Source of the DNA: Pocillopora damicornis
Lineage: Eukaryota
Direction of reading: 5' to 3'
NCBI RefSeq assembly: GCF_003704095.1
Contig: NW_020844270.1
Coordinates: 248,001-312,000 of the forward strand
Length of the DNA stretch: 64,000 bases
Made by a program: the position numbers and the translations under genes. Positions 39,622 to 53,800 of the stretch are shown piece after piece (position 1 is the first letter of the stretch; every line of letters begins with the position of its first letter). Under the pieces are notes generated by a model. That model was not told where the DNA came from and searched no databases. It worked only from the letters and a program-made list of their open reading frames with translations.

Positions 39622-42600
39622 CTAAATCGCAGTAACAGCGATTCCAGCTGACAAGAGGAACACCAGCAGGTTGATAATCAAGGATACCTCAGAGAATGGT
39701 GCCACGGATTTAGCGGTGGGTTTCGAAAGTACCACGAGGTCTTTGGTGTTGCATTTATCGGTATAGCAGCAACTGACGCCACAAGCATCTACTTTGGAGC
39801 CTGGGACTGCCTTGGTTAAGGACGTCACATTTTTACAGCCGTCTGTGGTTATTTTGGAGCACGCAGACTAAGAAAAAAAAATCAAGCTTTTCGTTAAAAG
39901 CGACTGGGTGATGATTTTTAGAAATGTTGAATAAAAAAACTAATATCTTAGAGAATAAAGGAAAATGGTATTCGCTCTCGGATCTGATGTTATCTGCTTT
40001 AACAAGAAGGCGGACTAAGATGGGAGCACGAATTCCGAAGGCCATTTGATTCTATTCCTCGCCGAAGACCCACATTCTCTCTTCGTTCCATGCTCATTGG
40101 AAAACATATCATATCTGTCTTTATTCGAGGACCCAGCCAAAAATTTACTATCTTTTCAATGTTATTAGGAAGAAAAAGTCACCTCTCAGGAGTGTCTGTT
40201 ATTTATTTTCAGTCTCTCGAGATACCGACAGGCCTTATGGAATCACACTCTTTTCACTGAGGCTTTCATTCTGGTTCTAAGTCCTTGACACAGGGTTTTC
40301 CATTTCGATATTTTGCGTCTTAACTGGGTGGGGACTTGGCGATGCGTGGTTTACATTGGTAGAGTTGAAAAAATTGCTTGAGGGGAAGTTTTCAATTGAA
40401 TATCGAATCCGGGATTGCATTGGTTTTGTTCAACCTTGCCTAGTAATTAGTCCAGAATTATCTTGCTATCCTCTCAACCAATCAGATGCAAACTAAAAAC
40501 TAATTTCTTCTTGGTCGCCTTCTTTGAATTCTCATTGGCTCACGGGGACATTTTCTCTGATTGGTTTTTGCGATTACTCTAGTTTTGTTATCACGACACT
40601 CAATCGAAAAGTGCTCTAAATCTATCTAACTTTGAAAGATGTTTTCTCATTATGGACATTCTTCCCATAATCAACACAATTCGTTGTCTTACACAGGGTA
40701 GTATAACGAACGGTTTGAAAGAATCAGCCACCCCTCCCCCTTCCCACCCTAACTATCCCGGTTAAGTGCACCCCCCTACCCCCGGACCACATAATGAAAA
40801 ATTGCCTTTTGAATCTCAGAACTTGTCTGATTAACAGAGAACGTAAATTGTAAGGGGAAACTCAACACAAGCCAGAAAATATCTAAAAACAATTTTGCTT
40901 AGGTGTTAGGTCTGCTCTCGTTCTTTTTAACTTTTTTCTTTCCGCTTTTTTTGGTAGTATTTTTGCCTTATTAAAATCTTTTTTATGGCTTGTATTAGAC
41001 ATTGACAGACTGGCCAACGTAAACAGATAAATGTTATCCGCCGACCAGGACAAAAAAAAAGTGAAAATAAGATTTCTGTTGATGTTGTTGGTTACTATTT
41101 TATAGCACGCTTACCTTCATGCTGCATGACATCATTCTCATGTCCATTTTTACCTTTGGAAGCTTCAGACTGATTTGCAATCCAGATGTTTGGCATGCGT
41201 CATACATTCCCGTGCAATTAGTTACGGTAATGTTGTTACCAGTGCACATGTTCTGTAACCCTGGGGTGCAATCGTAGCACAGTAGTCCCAGTGCTGTAGA
41301 CACAAAACGGAAAGGCGTTACCAATTTTTTAGGTAATATGATCCATTGGAATCTTTCTCATCATTGAGCAGGCGCTAATTTTAATTCTATTTCGCTTCAG
41401 TTTAAAATGTGTACCGAGAGTCGAAATTACCTATCCTGTTTAAAGGTTAATTTTTTTTTTAATTACACACTGAAAATTTAAGGGTGGCTGATTCGTCAAG
41501 CAGTTCTGACACTAACCATGAGAGGGAGACGAAAAAAAAAACACAACAAAACACAAAACAGGTTGCTACTTGCCTAACCTTCCCTAGTTATCCCTATAAT
41601 TTTTTTCCTTTTCATTGATTTTTCTTTTCTCGAATCTTTGAATCAAGCGATAAAGCAAAGAGAGAGTTACGCGCCACTGCCTGTTTTGAAATACAAGCCT
41701 TTTTTGTACTGAAACGCTTCCAAGCTCGAATGAATGATGCTAGTATATACCATTTGCATAGTATCAGAGCATTTACTGTACATACGTGTGGTTTGGACAA
41801 AGCCCAAGAGCTGACTGTTTCATATAAAAAAAATGTTGTGGAGGGGCAAGAGTTGTAGCTTTTTACTGACAAAGCCTGCCTAACATACTTGCACAAGTTT
41901 ACTCTTAAGTTACTTAGCACTGTCCTATCAAACGAACCAAACAGCAAGACACAGAAAGAAGCAAATACTGTCTTCTGAAAATAGTTGCGTACCTAACACC
42001 AATTATTCCTTTTGATGATCACCAAACCCCAAAACGTTCTTTGTTGACATGTTAATCCCTAGATGCATCAACTTCGGTTAAATCATCATTGTTATGTAAA
42101 TGCTTTTGTTCTGTTTGACACCTTGATCAGGTAAAAAGATTTAGGTGTGGTTTTCATTCGGTAAGCACTTGTAAGAGATACAAGATTTGCATGTCAAACG
42201 AACTAAACATTAAAATTTTACCTAGCACAAAAATTATAGAATGATTTCGTCTAAAGAGAATTTAATTTTAATGCCGAATTCACAGCACAGTTCCTATCTC
42301 TCAAAACAAGAAGAGATAAACGGGGACCATTATTCAGGGAAGTTTATAATCGGCTGGATGTATTATTTTGCTCATATCTTGAGATGGCTTCAAGGCGGTA
42401 GTTGACCATAAACTTAAAAAAGTACTGGACCACAAAATACTTAACGCTGAAACTGTTCCTTTCGTTTAAACAGGTTATAGTTTACATGTAATGATTATTA
42501 TTAATCGTTTTGTATCTCTTTTTTGTAAGCTCAATCATGAAAAATACATTGAACGTCAACAGAGTTAGATTCCCAAACCGACCATGTATGATAATTATAA

Positions 42601-43127
42601 CTGAAGGCGTAGTAATCTTAAGCGAAAATTTGTTATTGCCGCCAAGATTTCTCCCCTGCCCTTCTTTTTAACTTAATAAGCTTTTCATAAATCATGATTC
42701 TTAACATTAGTGACATTCGACAAATAATAGACACTTATAGAAAAAGGATATATTCGAGACATATCTATTCCCTGCTATTAACTTTAAATCGTGCGCAGCC
42801 ATACAAATCATGGTACTAAGCTCATTCCAGTGGTTTTTTTTTTTTTCAAGATTTCCGTAGCACTCATCATGATAGATGGGGTTAGGAACAGCCAAAACGA
42901 TTATCTCCAATAAGATGTAAAATGATAAGAAGATATTTTAAAGTTAGCAATTCTAAGAGCTGGTTCTGCTATCAGGTCGATTTAGCGTAGACGTAACTTA
43001 ACAGAAAACTACAGCAAAATAACTCAAATCAAAATGAATATTGATTAAAACAAAGCACATAAAAAAACTACCTACCACAAGGTAAAGAAGCTGTTACAGA
43101 CAGAACACAAATCAAGAAAAAATTCAT
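39622..43127 (-). CDS. GPI-anchored Ly6/uPAR (three-finger) protein B, 158 aa, 3 exons
   Basis: Exons 43127-43076 (MNFFLICVLSVTASLPC), 41293-41115 (ALGLLCYDC...SCSMK) and 39867-39622 (SACS...CCYTDKCN + hydrophobic tail) total 477 nt, in frame; 12 Cys; same intron phases as A. Confidence 0.9.
40388..40618. mobile_element. degenerate MITE (ttttcaattga...ctcaatcgaaaagtgctct)
   Basis: Imperfect terminal inverted repeats with internal ccaatcag/ctgattgg motifs. Confidence 0.45.
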
Positions 43128-44740
43128 GTTTAGCGCTGTAAATTAGCCGACGGCTGCCTACAGGGAATAGTTGTTTTTCGTTAGGTACTGAATTCATATT
43201 AGCATAGTTCAATAATTCATAACTAATTACTGTCGTGAAATGAGACATTTTTGGCAAAGGTTTGTTTCGGGCCAAGCCAAACTTCATAAATGCGATATTT
43301 GGAAATACCAACCTGCCTCAAATTCCTGCCACATGATAAAATGCATCAAACGTACTACATTCTGATATGCAGCTGCACATCAGCTTTTTATAGAGAACTG
43401 ATCGCAATTACGCTGTCCAAGGTAAATGAAAGCCAGAGAAAAATTAATGAGTCAATAAATTTCCTTCTCGTGATACTTTCAGTCCTGACGTCTGCTTTTA
43501 AAGGTGCAATGAAATCGATTCCTTTACAAATAGGAAAGTTTCTGGAAAATTTGTATACATGTATGACATGAATAGTGGAGTTTTGTTCACATAATTAATT
43601 TCTGAATTTGGGTTTTACCTTTTTAAAGTTTTAATTTCTGCTATTTTCCATGACAAATTTGCGCAATTAGGAGTATGTAGACTTTAATGGACCGAGTAAC
43701 CTGAGTAAATATCATCCTTTGCTGTCCCTTTTTCTACTGATATCATCACCACGGTGATCGCGTAACGTAACAACATGAATATGAAACCAATAAGCGAAAA
43801 CTTCCAACCGCAATGGTACGTTAGAAATGAGCAAATACGATAATTACAAGTCGTCAAAATGCACTTTGTCTCAATAAAAACGTTTGTGTCGCGGACTGGA
43901 AAAGTCGCTGTTTGCTTTTATCATGGCGGCGCCAAACCGGATAATTCATACTCAAAAACCTCTTCAAACTATCACCATAAAACCCGTGGAAAACAGCTTG
44001 CCTGTTTAATTAATTTCGTATCAATATAGCAGTTAGAATGACTCTCTCATGAGACAGGTTACGAACTACTACGCGGGGAGAGTTACTGAAAAGTTTATAA
44101 AAAGGAATCAGAATTCTTAACAGGCCAAAAGAATAGCAGCTAAAATGAACACTGTACGGACATTAGTGGGTAATCAAATCGAAAACTTGTATAAGGAAAA
44201 CAATACGTCCCAAGTCCAACATTTTTATTAGCTTGATCATCTATCAATCTACCATTTTTTTTGGAAAAATGAACTTACACTGACACAAACCTTCCTGAAC
44301 AGACGCTGACATTAGAATTAAGCACCTCATTTACAGAAACCCTTTCTAAGCAAACAACTTGATAAGAAATTTTCGCTTTATCTCTCTCCCATTGCAATTA
44401 AGATTACATTGTTGACTTATTGAAATCTGTGTTTTATTGATTCAAAGGTTCCGTTTGAAAGGCCGCGGATCGCTCACTCTGTTCTATTTAGTGTTTAACA
44501 ATAAAAACAGTTCTATGTAATTTACTGGACTTGTCCAACTTTGATACAGGCGGGAATCTAGCGGGTGGCCGCTTAGTTCACTTATACTGTATGTAGAGTA
44601 GTTACAAAAGATGAGAAATTTGATCGGCTACGAAATTTGAATTATTTGTCTTTAAATAGCAAAAAACAAACAAAAACAAACAGACTCTAGCACCTGGTTA
44701 ACGTTGTTTTCAGCACTCTTACAATTATCACTGCTCAAAG

Positions 44741-47700
44741 TCAGTACATACAAAAAAGCACATAGAGTACGCTTGTAAGGGTGGTGGCAAATGATACAAC
44801 TTTGTTGTATGTTGTGGCACCACTAGAAGGCTTCGGTGGGGTTCCTGTGGCCATAGTTTTTACAGGAACACTGGTTACCGGGCCACTTGGTGAGGCGTTT
44901 ACACTTGGTGAGGTGTTTACACTTGGCGAGGCGTTTGCACTTGGCGAGGCGTTTACACTTGGCGAGGCGTTTACACTTGGCGAGGCGTCTACACTTGGAG
45001 AGGCGTTTACACTTAGCGAGGTGTTTACACTTGGCGAGGCATTTACACTTGGCCAAGCGTTTACACTTGGCGCGGCATTCACACTTGGCGAGGTGCTCTC
45101 TGCAAGCCCGTTGCACTTGTTCTGTTCACAACACGTGGCTTCGCATTTTTTAAAGGTCATTCCAGGTGGCAGTAGCGAGGCATTGCATGACTTTGCCTGG
45201 AAGTCTTGGCACATTGACTGTGTAAAGATTGAAATAAGAAAAAATAAATAAATGATAGTAATTGTCGAAAAGAGTTATTTCTTGAACATTTTTACGGAGT
45301 AAGCTGAGAGAGGTGGGAGAAATTGTCAAAGCTTTCGTGTCAGCATCCATCCTTTCTGAAAAAGTGAAAATGTTTTATTATAAAACAAACTTGTTTGTTT
45401 GCAACCTGTAAGATTTAATTATTATTGTACTCCCCATCCCACCCCAGCCTCTTATATCGAAACACTTATCCACACCTCTGAATTAGTTACTTGCAACGAG
45501 ATTTTGTGAGAGAACTTTGATTGTTTACAAGTGATTCACCTCTCTGCCGAGATTGGTGCACAAGAAATTATTTTAGAACAGTTTTAAACTGTGTCGAAAT
45601 TCTAAACTAAACTGGGACTGTTTTGAAATTGTTCCACGCCACCACAAGGCGTAGTTCCACGCGTCTTACATGAGAGTGGCTTACACTGCTGCTCTTTCAT
45701 GTGCCGTTGAGCGCGAGTTCACCAAGCTCAAGCGGTGAGAAGGACAGATAGATGGGGCATATAGAACCTTATAAGGTCTATACCATTAAGATTCTTCGGA
45801 TTAGCACGTTTTCACGAACCTGAATTACAGAAGGCTTTTATGGAATAGACTGAGAGCCAAACTTATCTATAAAAGAGAAGGGTAAAAGACACCCCCGGAC
45901 CACACCATATCCATGCCTAGGATCACCCCCTATTTATACCCAGCCCCAGGACCACCCCCCCTAACTATGCTCCCTGTACCTCTACACCATCCACTGAAAC
46001 AGTCGCTTCGCTTTTTTTTCCTTTTTTATCTACTCTCAAAGGCGTCGTGATAACGCCGAAATGACGAGACGAGATCTTAGTTTTATGGAATTTTTAAAAC
46101 TTTGACTTGAATAACGTTAATAAACTTAACCAGTTTAGCAGAAAAAGCCATATTTTAACTGCGCAGGATCAAAGCTTACCTTTGTTCCACAGCTAAACAT
46201 ATTCATAGTCTGGTTCATTTGCCCCATTTTCGCTACAGCTAATCTTTTGCTACACACGTCAGCCATGCCTGATGGTACGGTCGGATCCGCGTCACAATCG
46301 GTGACATTCAAATCAGCCAGTGTTGTGCATGACACTGTAGGTGGGTTTGGTGTGCAAGTGTAGCAGGTGATGGCCAGAACTACTGAAATTATAGAGTAAG
46401 TTCACAAATTGATCCCCAAAATTTATCTATGATTATTTTAACGTGAATTATCATTCAAGGATCCAGTACGACTTGAATGTGACATTATTCAACCTCGTTA
46501 TCGAGAGAGGAAAAGAGAGGACCCTGGAAACGAGGCTTTGTGTCTTTTTGTAAAGACCCTCCCACGAAAGATGTGAGAGCGTAGGGATTGAGATTCGCAC
46601 ATTTTCATATTTATTTCGATACTACGTTTTTTTCCAGTGATCATACTGTCAATACTTAGATTGTTAGCTCTCTCTATTTTATTACACGATTCGCTGTTAG
46701 AAGCACTTTCTCTATCAACAATTGTTTGGGGGGGACCAGCTAAGGAAAGCTACTTGTCAGCCGAACATGACATATTTGAATTGAAAGGTACATATTAACA
46801 TGGAATATCCGAGTGTTTTTACGGATGCGCTAGGGAAAAGCCTTCTATAATAACCAACAACAATGATACCACTAGAACGAGTCCTGTGCACTGAGCACGA
46901 TCATGGTTATTGTTACTTCACGACGAGAGTGAGTGGACAAATTTTGAATCAAATATTGCTTGAGGTACTGATGAATTGCACCAAACATTTTGATTTGAGC
47001 TGTTCTTTAACGACAAGCTGTGTAGCATGATTCATGATTTGTTGAGTGAGCCGACAATATTTTTCTGGATTGGTTTGCTCGGTGCTTTCTGTAGATGAAT
47101 GTCTGATTAAAATTATCTTTGGACGAATTTTTGTGGCTTCTAGGAAGCTTTGTCGTGTGACATCGTTTTTGAATGATATGCAATGTTAAGAGGTGTTTTC
47201 ATTGAACAACAATTTTTCTACGAAAGATGGTTGGTGGTTTGGTTGCAGTCAAATTCATGGTAAACATCGTGGTGTGTTACTCTTGGATCGGGTCTTTCGA
47301 TGTTAGAAGTTTGAACAGTTGCAAGTGTGTTGCAAGGTGGATTTTGTGTCATTATTGGCTGTTAAGGGAAATTGTTTGGCTGTTTGAGGGTAATTTTGAG
47401 AACACTGGACGAATGGAAATGTTTTCGATGCCTGGAGAAAGTGATCTTGTGGAGTCGTTTGGCTAAGGACGAATTCGGATACCATCGTTAGTATTTGTAT
47501 TTGATTCTGTTATCTGGAAGGAATGATTTGCGGAGGTATAAATTTAACTTAGTAGGATGTGATTTACTAACGTTGAAAATATATCAAGTCGAAAGAACAG
47601 TTTTGGTCTCGGTCCGCATTTTAGTCAACAAAATAAACACATACCGCTTAAAAAGATGATATTACGGACCAAGAGCAAAGCTGTCAATTTTNNNNNNNNN

Positions 47701-50183
47701 NNNNNNNNNNNNNNNNNNNNNNNNNNNNNNNNNNNNNNNNNNNNNNNNNNNNNNNNNNNNNNNNNNNNNNNNNNNNNNNNNNNNNNNNNNNNNNNNNNNN
47801 NNNNNNNNNNNNNNNNNNNNNNNNNNNNNNNTGTCGCATGCGACAAAGTCGCACCGTGTAAATAGGCCCTTAAATAGTCAATAGTGACATCTCATTTACA
47901 TCTGCATCTATTTTTATTAAGTTGGTAAAATCTGCACAGACATCACACCAACCAACTCGCACGCAAAGTGAGGAGACTGTATGAATGCTTGAAATTGTAT
48001 TAAGTCTGCATTTTGTACCCACTCTGGAGTCTGCAGTCTGCAGTCTACATTTTGTACTTAGTCTACATTTTATATCCGGTCTGCGCTCTGCATTTTGTAC
48101 TAATAGGTATCCGTGGCACCGATACAGTTTACTTTTGGTTATAGTTATTCGCACAACACACACAATCAACCACAAAATACCTGTGAGTGAGTTAATTCGA
48201 CGTTTTCGTTCTTTTCCGCGTTAATACTCTTTTCTTTTGTAAAAATATAGACATCACTTACAATGTTTCAATTAATTAATCCACCCAAAAAAATAACTCT
48301 TGCATGCATAGCATGCTTATGTTTTAACCTAGACACCGGTGATCCACACTTATGGTGAACTGACCGATTTATTCTCCAAGCTTGTGAAGTTTTCCGCAGG
48401 GATTCTCGTTTCGCTAATCACAGAAGTACAGATTCCTGTTTTGCAAATCATAAGCATATTCCCATTTCGCAAATTACAGATTTCTGTTTTGCAAATCATT
48501 AGCATATTTCCATTTCGCAACTGACAGAGTTTCACTTCGTTTCGCTTTGTTTCGCAAATTACAGTAAGCCGAAGTAAGTAGTGAAATAAGCATAGTTGGG
48601 TAAAAAAAACTGAGAAATTACTGCGTGAAACACTACTGGAAACCTTAGAAAATTATATGCAAAATAAATACATTCAAAGATTAGATAATTGAGGCGCTGT
48701 CTGGCATGACTTGAATCCATTGTTCGCACGAAATTCACCTTTAACAAATAAAGAGTAAATATCACTGCCTTTACAAGGTAGAGACGAACAATGAAAGGTC
48801 TGCATCAACTACAAAAATCAAATGCGATCTAACTCAGTCTACAGACGTAAGCTGTTCATAGAAAACATTTCCTTTGTGTCAGTGTCAGAAGAAATTTCCT
48901 AACCGTCGTCGTTCAGTTAACCATTTCTTTTATTCTCTCTTTTATTAAGCAGTTAATACAACGGGGACTAGCTCTAGTCTCTCAAGGAAAGTGTGGGTCA
49001 CCGCTTATAAGAGTGACGCCTACTGAGCTGCCAATCTCTAACCTTCGTCAGGCTTTTACACTTAACTAGCGAATCACACTAAGCTACGCAGAGCAGAGTT
49101 CGTATACTAAATAGGCACCTTCGCGATGTTTACGCTTTACAAATAACTTTCTACTTTAAATTTCTTAGTCTTACGATCAAGGTCGGGCGAAACAAAAAGG
49201 AGATTGGTAATATAAAAATTATAATAAACTTGCTAACAGAATTAAAATCATACTCGAAAAGATATGTTAAGATAAAATAGTCTTCGAAGACTGTTGCATA
49301 ACAGTAGAATAAACAGAAAATTCGGAGAAGAAAGGTCGTACCCAAGGTACCGCCCCTAAAAGAGCCACGTGCTAGCTGTATAAGTTATCTGATTAATAAT
49401 TCAGTGCGGAAGATGAAAAGTACTACATGTTTACACCTTAAGTCACCTCTAAAAAAAAGGAATTGTACGTGCTAAATTAAATTTTAAAAAATATTTTCCA
49501 GATAGCGAATACGACATGGATTTAGCCTAAAAACGAGAGTATTAAAGAGGTGAAAGTATAAGGGAGGGTTATTTCCACGAAATTCCNNNNNNNNNNNNNN
49601 NNNNNNNNNNNNNNNNNNNNNNNNNNNNNNNNNNNNNNNNNNNNNNNNNNNNNNNNNNNNNNNNNNNNNNNNNNNNNNNNNNNNNNCGCCAAAAGGAATA
49701 AGAAATGATCACTGGCTTTTTTCTGGCAATGTTTAATGAATGGCTTACGCTAATATATTACTTCCATTCATTTTCCAACACCAATATAGGAAACCCTTAC
49801 AATGTTTTCGGATTAGATATATTACTATTTTTATCGTTTAACATCAGTTTACACCCGTGAAGTCGGTGAGATTCACAGTTCACACCCATTATCAAAAAAC
49901 CAACGTTGAACAGCGCGACAGCGACAATCGACTCTTGATTATTTTGTTTACAGCCGCTCTTTTGGACAGTGGATTTTCTTTTTAGGGTCCATTGCTACTC
50001 TGAGTCTTAATAACACTCCTAATCGTTTTGTAAACGCTTACATACACTGCCATACTTAAAGCTTTACCATAATTTGCCAGATCGAACTATCTATCGCAAG
50101 AATTCCATGCGAATTCAAGCGACAATTCACTTACCGTTTGGTAAAGCGAACAATGGCAAAATGCACAGAAGATAGCCGTTCAT
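44741..50183 (-). CDS. GPI-anchored Ly6/uPAR protein C with a long Ser/Pro-rich repeat stalk, ~242 aa
   Basis: Leader 50183-50135 (MNGYLLCILPLFALPN; linked across two N-gaps, so the pairing is inferred), exon 46382-46180 (ITCYTC...SCGTK, NAGNAG acceptor) and exon 45217-44741 (SMC...CCEQNKCN-(PSVNAS)11-GPI signal); in frame. Confidence 0.85.
44885..45092 (-). repeat. 18-bp coding minisatellite (ccaagtgtaaacgcctcg) x ~11 encoding the PSVNAS stalk
   Basis: Directly visible; 4 units in paralog E (~57087-57169) and 1 unit in paralog D. Confidence 0.95.
48425..48570. repeat. repeat element with a ~48-bp internal duplication (gttttgcaaatcat...catttcgcaa)
   Basis: Two adjacent near-identical units followed by tttcgc sub-repeats. 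Confidence 0.6.
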
Positions 50184-50299
50184 CTTGAAGAGCATTAAGT
50201 GAAAGCACCTCCGTCGGGATTGAAGTCAACGACAACCGCTAATGCAAGTAACCATATGGACTCGACAGGCGGAATCGGGAATTATCTTATTTTTTTGCG

Positions 50300-50900
50300 G
50301 CTTTCTAACACCTGTTGTAATGGAAAAGTTGATAAAGATCTCACTCCCATCAACCAAAACATTGTCAAAAACACGATTAACGATCTTATTGCTAGACGAG
50401 AATTACCGGCCACTGCAAAAAACTCACCATCACCACTACTAGAACTTCGTGTATTTACTTTTTACCTAAAATCCACAAACCTAACAACCCAGGTCGACCC
50501 ATCGTCCCTGCCCGCAGTTGGCTCACCGAAATTGTTTCCAGCTATTTAGACAAAATTATGGCTCTTATCGTCAAAACTTTACCATCATATATTAAAGAAA
50601 GCCAACACGCACTTTAAATTTTTCACGACTTTAATTTCCTTGGCCAAGACAAAGTTATTTTCGCGATGGACACTACATCTCTTTATACTGTAATTCCCGA
50701 TGGCGAAGGTCTCCTGGCCTTCAAACATTTTGAAGTATTTATTTTTTTATCAACGTACTGTTAAGGACTCTAACTCTAAAACACCACTAAACTGTTAACG
50801 GTGGCCAATTTACATTATCATCTCAGTTGATAATACAAAATTGCCTTGTTACATGTATACTCCACTGATGCAGCACCACAGTTTCTTTAGAAACTTACCG
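50300..50900 (+). mobile_element. Penelope-like retroelement RT fragment (decayed) plus terminal tail
   Basis: Frameshifted DKDLTPINQNIVKNTINDLIARRELPATAKN...RTSCIYFLPKIHKPNNPGRPIV...SSYLDKIMALIVKTLPSYIKES...MDTTSLYTVIP matches the Penelope RT 'LPKIHK..P.RPIV' region; followed by the acggtggccaattt...gcagcaccacagtttctttagaaact tail. Confidence 0.8.
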
Positions 50901-51644
50901 CCTTTTTATTTATCCAGTAACATAATGCCTTGTTCAATGATCTGACCTGATCTCGAAATCGCGCTCATCGTAAAACCACCGCGTTTCCTTCATTGTATTT
51001 TCACATAATTGTCCCAATCGTCCCAGAATACCTTTTTTTGGATGCCTAAAACGACACAGAATATTATATGGAAACCAGCCATAAGTATATAACAATAACT
51101 TTTACGAGAAAAACGCCTCGTGAAGATCGAAATCGTTAAATTCAGTTCAAAATTTGTATCTGACTAATAGGAGGCAAAGTTTTTGATTAATCCTTATCTC
51201 AAGGATATGAGGAATTAAACAAAGGTCTTTTGACAAACGTACATAAATTTTGTTGTTCGGCTTGCGGTGAGAAGTCAAAGCTGTCACAAGATAATGCAAA
51301 GAGAAGATGTCACATGATTACTCTTAGCAGCGTACGAAAGGTTAACTTGAGTATCTATGCCCAAATCCGCTCAGTAAATAACGGGTAAATAATCTTCCCC
51401 CAGAAAGCACGCTGGTAATAATCAAAGTCGCACCAATTGAAGCACAAATTGAACCTCCCTTGTTCGTAGGGGGGATCATTATAATATTACAGAGCCTCAT
51501 AGAAGGATCAGGTTAATTTTACTGTGACGTTGCCAGAATCCTTCGACCCCTGCATTATAACCAGGCATTCTTAAAATCGCTAGCACCTTTTAGCACCTGG
51601 TAAACCTTGTTTTCAGCAACTCTTATAATGATCACTGCTCAAAG

Positions 51645-51866
51645 TCAGTACACAAAAAAAAGCACATAGAGGGCACTTGTAAAGGTGGTGGCGAATGATA
51701 CAACTTTTTTGTATGCTGGTAAGGCGTTTACGCTTGACGAGGTGCTGTCTGCAAGCCCATTGCACTTGTTCTGTTCACAGCACGTGGCCTCGCATTTTTC
51801 ATAGATTATTCCAGGTTGCAGTTGCGAGGCATTGCAAGACTTTGCCTGGAGGTCTTGGCACATTGA
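51645..51866 (-). CDS. Ly6/uPAR paralog D, last exon only (stalkless); upstream exons lost in the assembly gap
   Basis: SMCQDLQAKSCNASQLQPGIIYEKCEATCCEQNKCN-GLADSTSSSVNALPAYKK-GPI signal; 51590-52534 is a direct duplicate of 44690-45870. Confidence 0.75.
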   Translation of the reverse strand, partial: SMCQDLQAKSCNASQLQPGIIYEKCEATCCEQNKCNGLADSTSSSVNALPAYKKVVSFATTFTSALYVLFFVY

Positions 51867-52729
51867 CTGTGTAAAGATTGAAATAAGAAAAAATAAAATA
51901 TATGATAGCAATGGTCGAAAAGAGTTTTTTCTTGAACATTTTTATGGATTAAGCTGAGAGAAGGGTGGGGGGGAAAGAAATTGTCAAAGCTTTCGTGTCA
52001 CTACCCATCATTTCTGGAAAAGAGGAAACAGTTTATCATAAAACAAATTTCGTTTGTTTGCAACCTGTTAGATTAAAATTATTATTGTACTCCCCATCCC
52101 ACCCCTTGCTCTTACATTGAAACACTTATCCAAGCTTCTGAATTAGTTAATTGCAACGAGATTTGTGCGAGAACCTTGATTGTTTACGGGTGATTCATTT
52201 CTTTGCCTAGATTGATGCACAAGAAATTATTTCAGAATAGTTTCAAACTGTGTCGAAATTCTAAATTAAACTGGGACTGTTTTGAAATTGTTCCACACCA
52301 TCACAGAGGCGTAGTTCCACGTGTCTTACATGAGAGTGGCCTACACCGCTCCTCTTTCATGTGTAGCATTGAGCTCGAGTTCATCTGAGATCACGCGGTG
52401 AGAAGGACAGGTAAATGGGGTACCTAGAACCTCATAAGGTCTATGCCATGAAGATTCTTCGGATTAGCACGCTTTCGCGAACCTGAATTACAGAACTGAG
52501 ATTTTTATGAAATAGACTGAAAGCCCAACCTATCNNNNNNNNNNNNNNNNNNNNNNNNNNNNNNNNNNNNNNNNNNNNNNNNNNNNNNNNNNNNNNNNNN
52601 NNNNNNNNNNNNNNNNNNNNNNNNNNNNNNNNNNGCGGAGTATCCTCTTCTTTTTCGAGCGCGAAAATGTTCAGCGTACAGCCAAATCGTAATAAAATTG
52701 CCTTCTTCACGAATATAAAGCTCTATCAG

Positions 52730-53800
52730 CTCAGGATCACTGTATACGTATGCAGACAATACTACGGTCTATTGTATAGGGGAAATTGCAGACACAGATA
52801 TTGCACAGTTAAATGCAGCGCTGCAAGAGTTACATGCATGGTGACTTAACAATCTTTCAACACTTCATCCATGGAATTGGAATATTATAAATTTTAAATT
52901 TTATCGCTTTACTATATAGTAACTTAAACATATGTTTTAATTATACATGTATTTAAATTTGGTATTTCATATCTTGTTTTATATCTAAAACTTTTAATTT
53001 AACTTTGTAGTTATTTTATTTTATGCTCGACCCCACAAGCTACTAGCTTTAACTACTAATAAAAGTTTGTCGTTTCGTATCGTATCATCCAGGCAAGAGT
53101 GAGGTTATGTTACTCAGTAAAGGAACCCCAATGGGACCGATAGCTCTTGAGCTATTAGGAAACTCAATTCTTACGTGGGTTACGAAAGCACGCTTGCTGG
53201 GCTTAACAGTTGACCAGAACTGAACTTGCTAAAACGGTACAGATTTCTCCCAGGAGACATATTGAAAGAATTTTATTTTAAAGTAATTTTGACTTCTGAA
53301 AATTGGGTTTAGTTCTGTGAGGATCTTGTAGTAATTCTGATATATTCGGTTCAACAGAAAGACTACACTGCAGGGCAGTAAGAATTATATTTAATCTACT
53401 TAAGGATAAATCATATGACATCAACCGACGTGCTTGAATACGACCAGTGGCCTACACTTTCTTTGTACTATAAATCAGACATCTTCAAGCTTTTTTACAA
53501 AGGCTATAGTGCCACTATCCCCGACTCACTGTCTGAAAACATCCTTAAATGTCGCTCAAATGGTTACTCTCTGAGGGGACGCGACCTTTTGACAGTATTC
53601 AGGTTCCAAACAAGATACGTAAAAGACTCGCTCAAATATCGCGGCGCTGTGTTATGGAACACTGTTTGCTACTATGAACAAGAAGTTGGACACTCGAGTC
53701 TCAATAATCTGAAAAAAATTAACGCCTACTCACCGGAGACTACTTTAAGGAATTCAAATTTGACATACTTTCCGCTTCTACTGCTCGCTTATACATACCG
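52730..53800 (+). mobile_element. decayed CR1/L2-type LINE RT and 3' end, interrupted by a younger insertion
   Basis: GSLYTYADNTTVY (YADD-like)...LHP, resuming after 53091 as GKSEVMLL...ARLLGLTVD...LERLHCRA-like...YSLRG...SLKYRGAVLWN; contains stops and frameshifts; partial duplicate at 54377-54830. Confidence 0.75.

Noticed and set aside
44781-45251. Alternative-frame and antisense ORFs (CKRLAK)n, (LGEAFT)n, (LHLARR)n
   Set aside because: Shadows of the 18-bp repeat; only the PSVNAS frame is continuous with the Cys domain and GPI signal.
46880-47560. Strand-biased (G/T-rich) stretch in gene C intron 1, possibly a retroelement ORF relic
   Set aside because: No recognisable motif or sustained frame, so it cannot be assigned.
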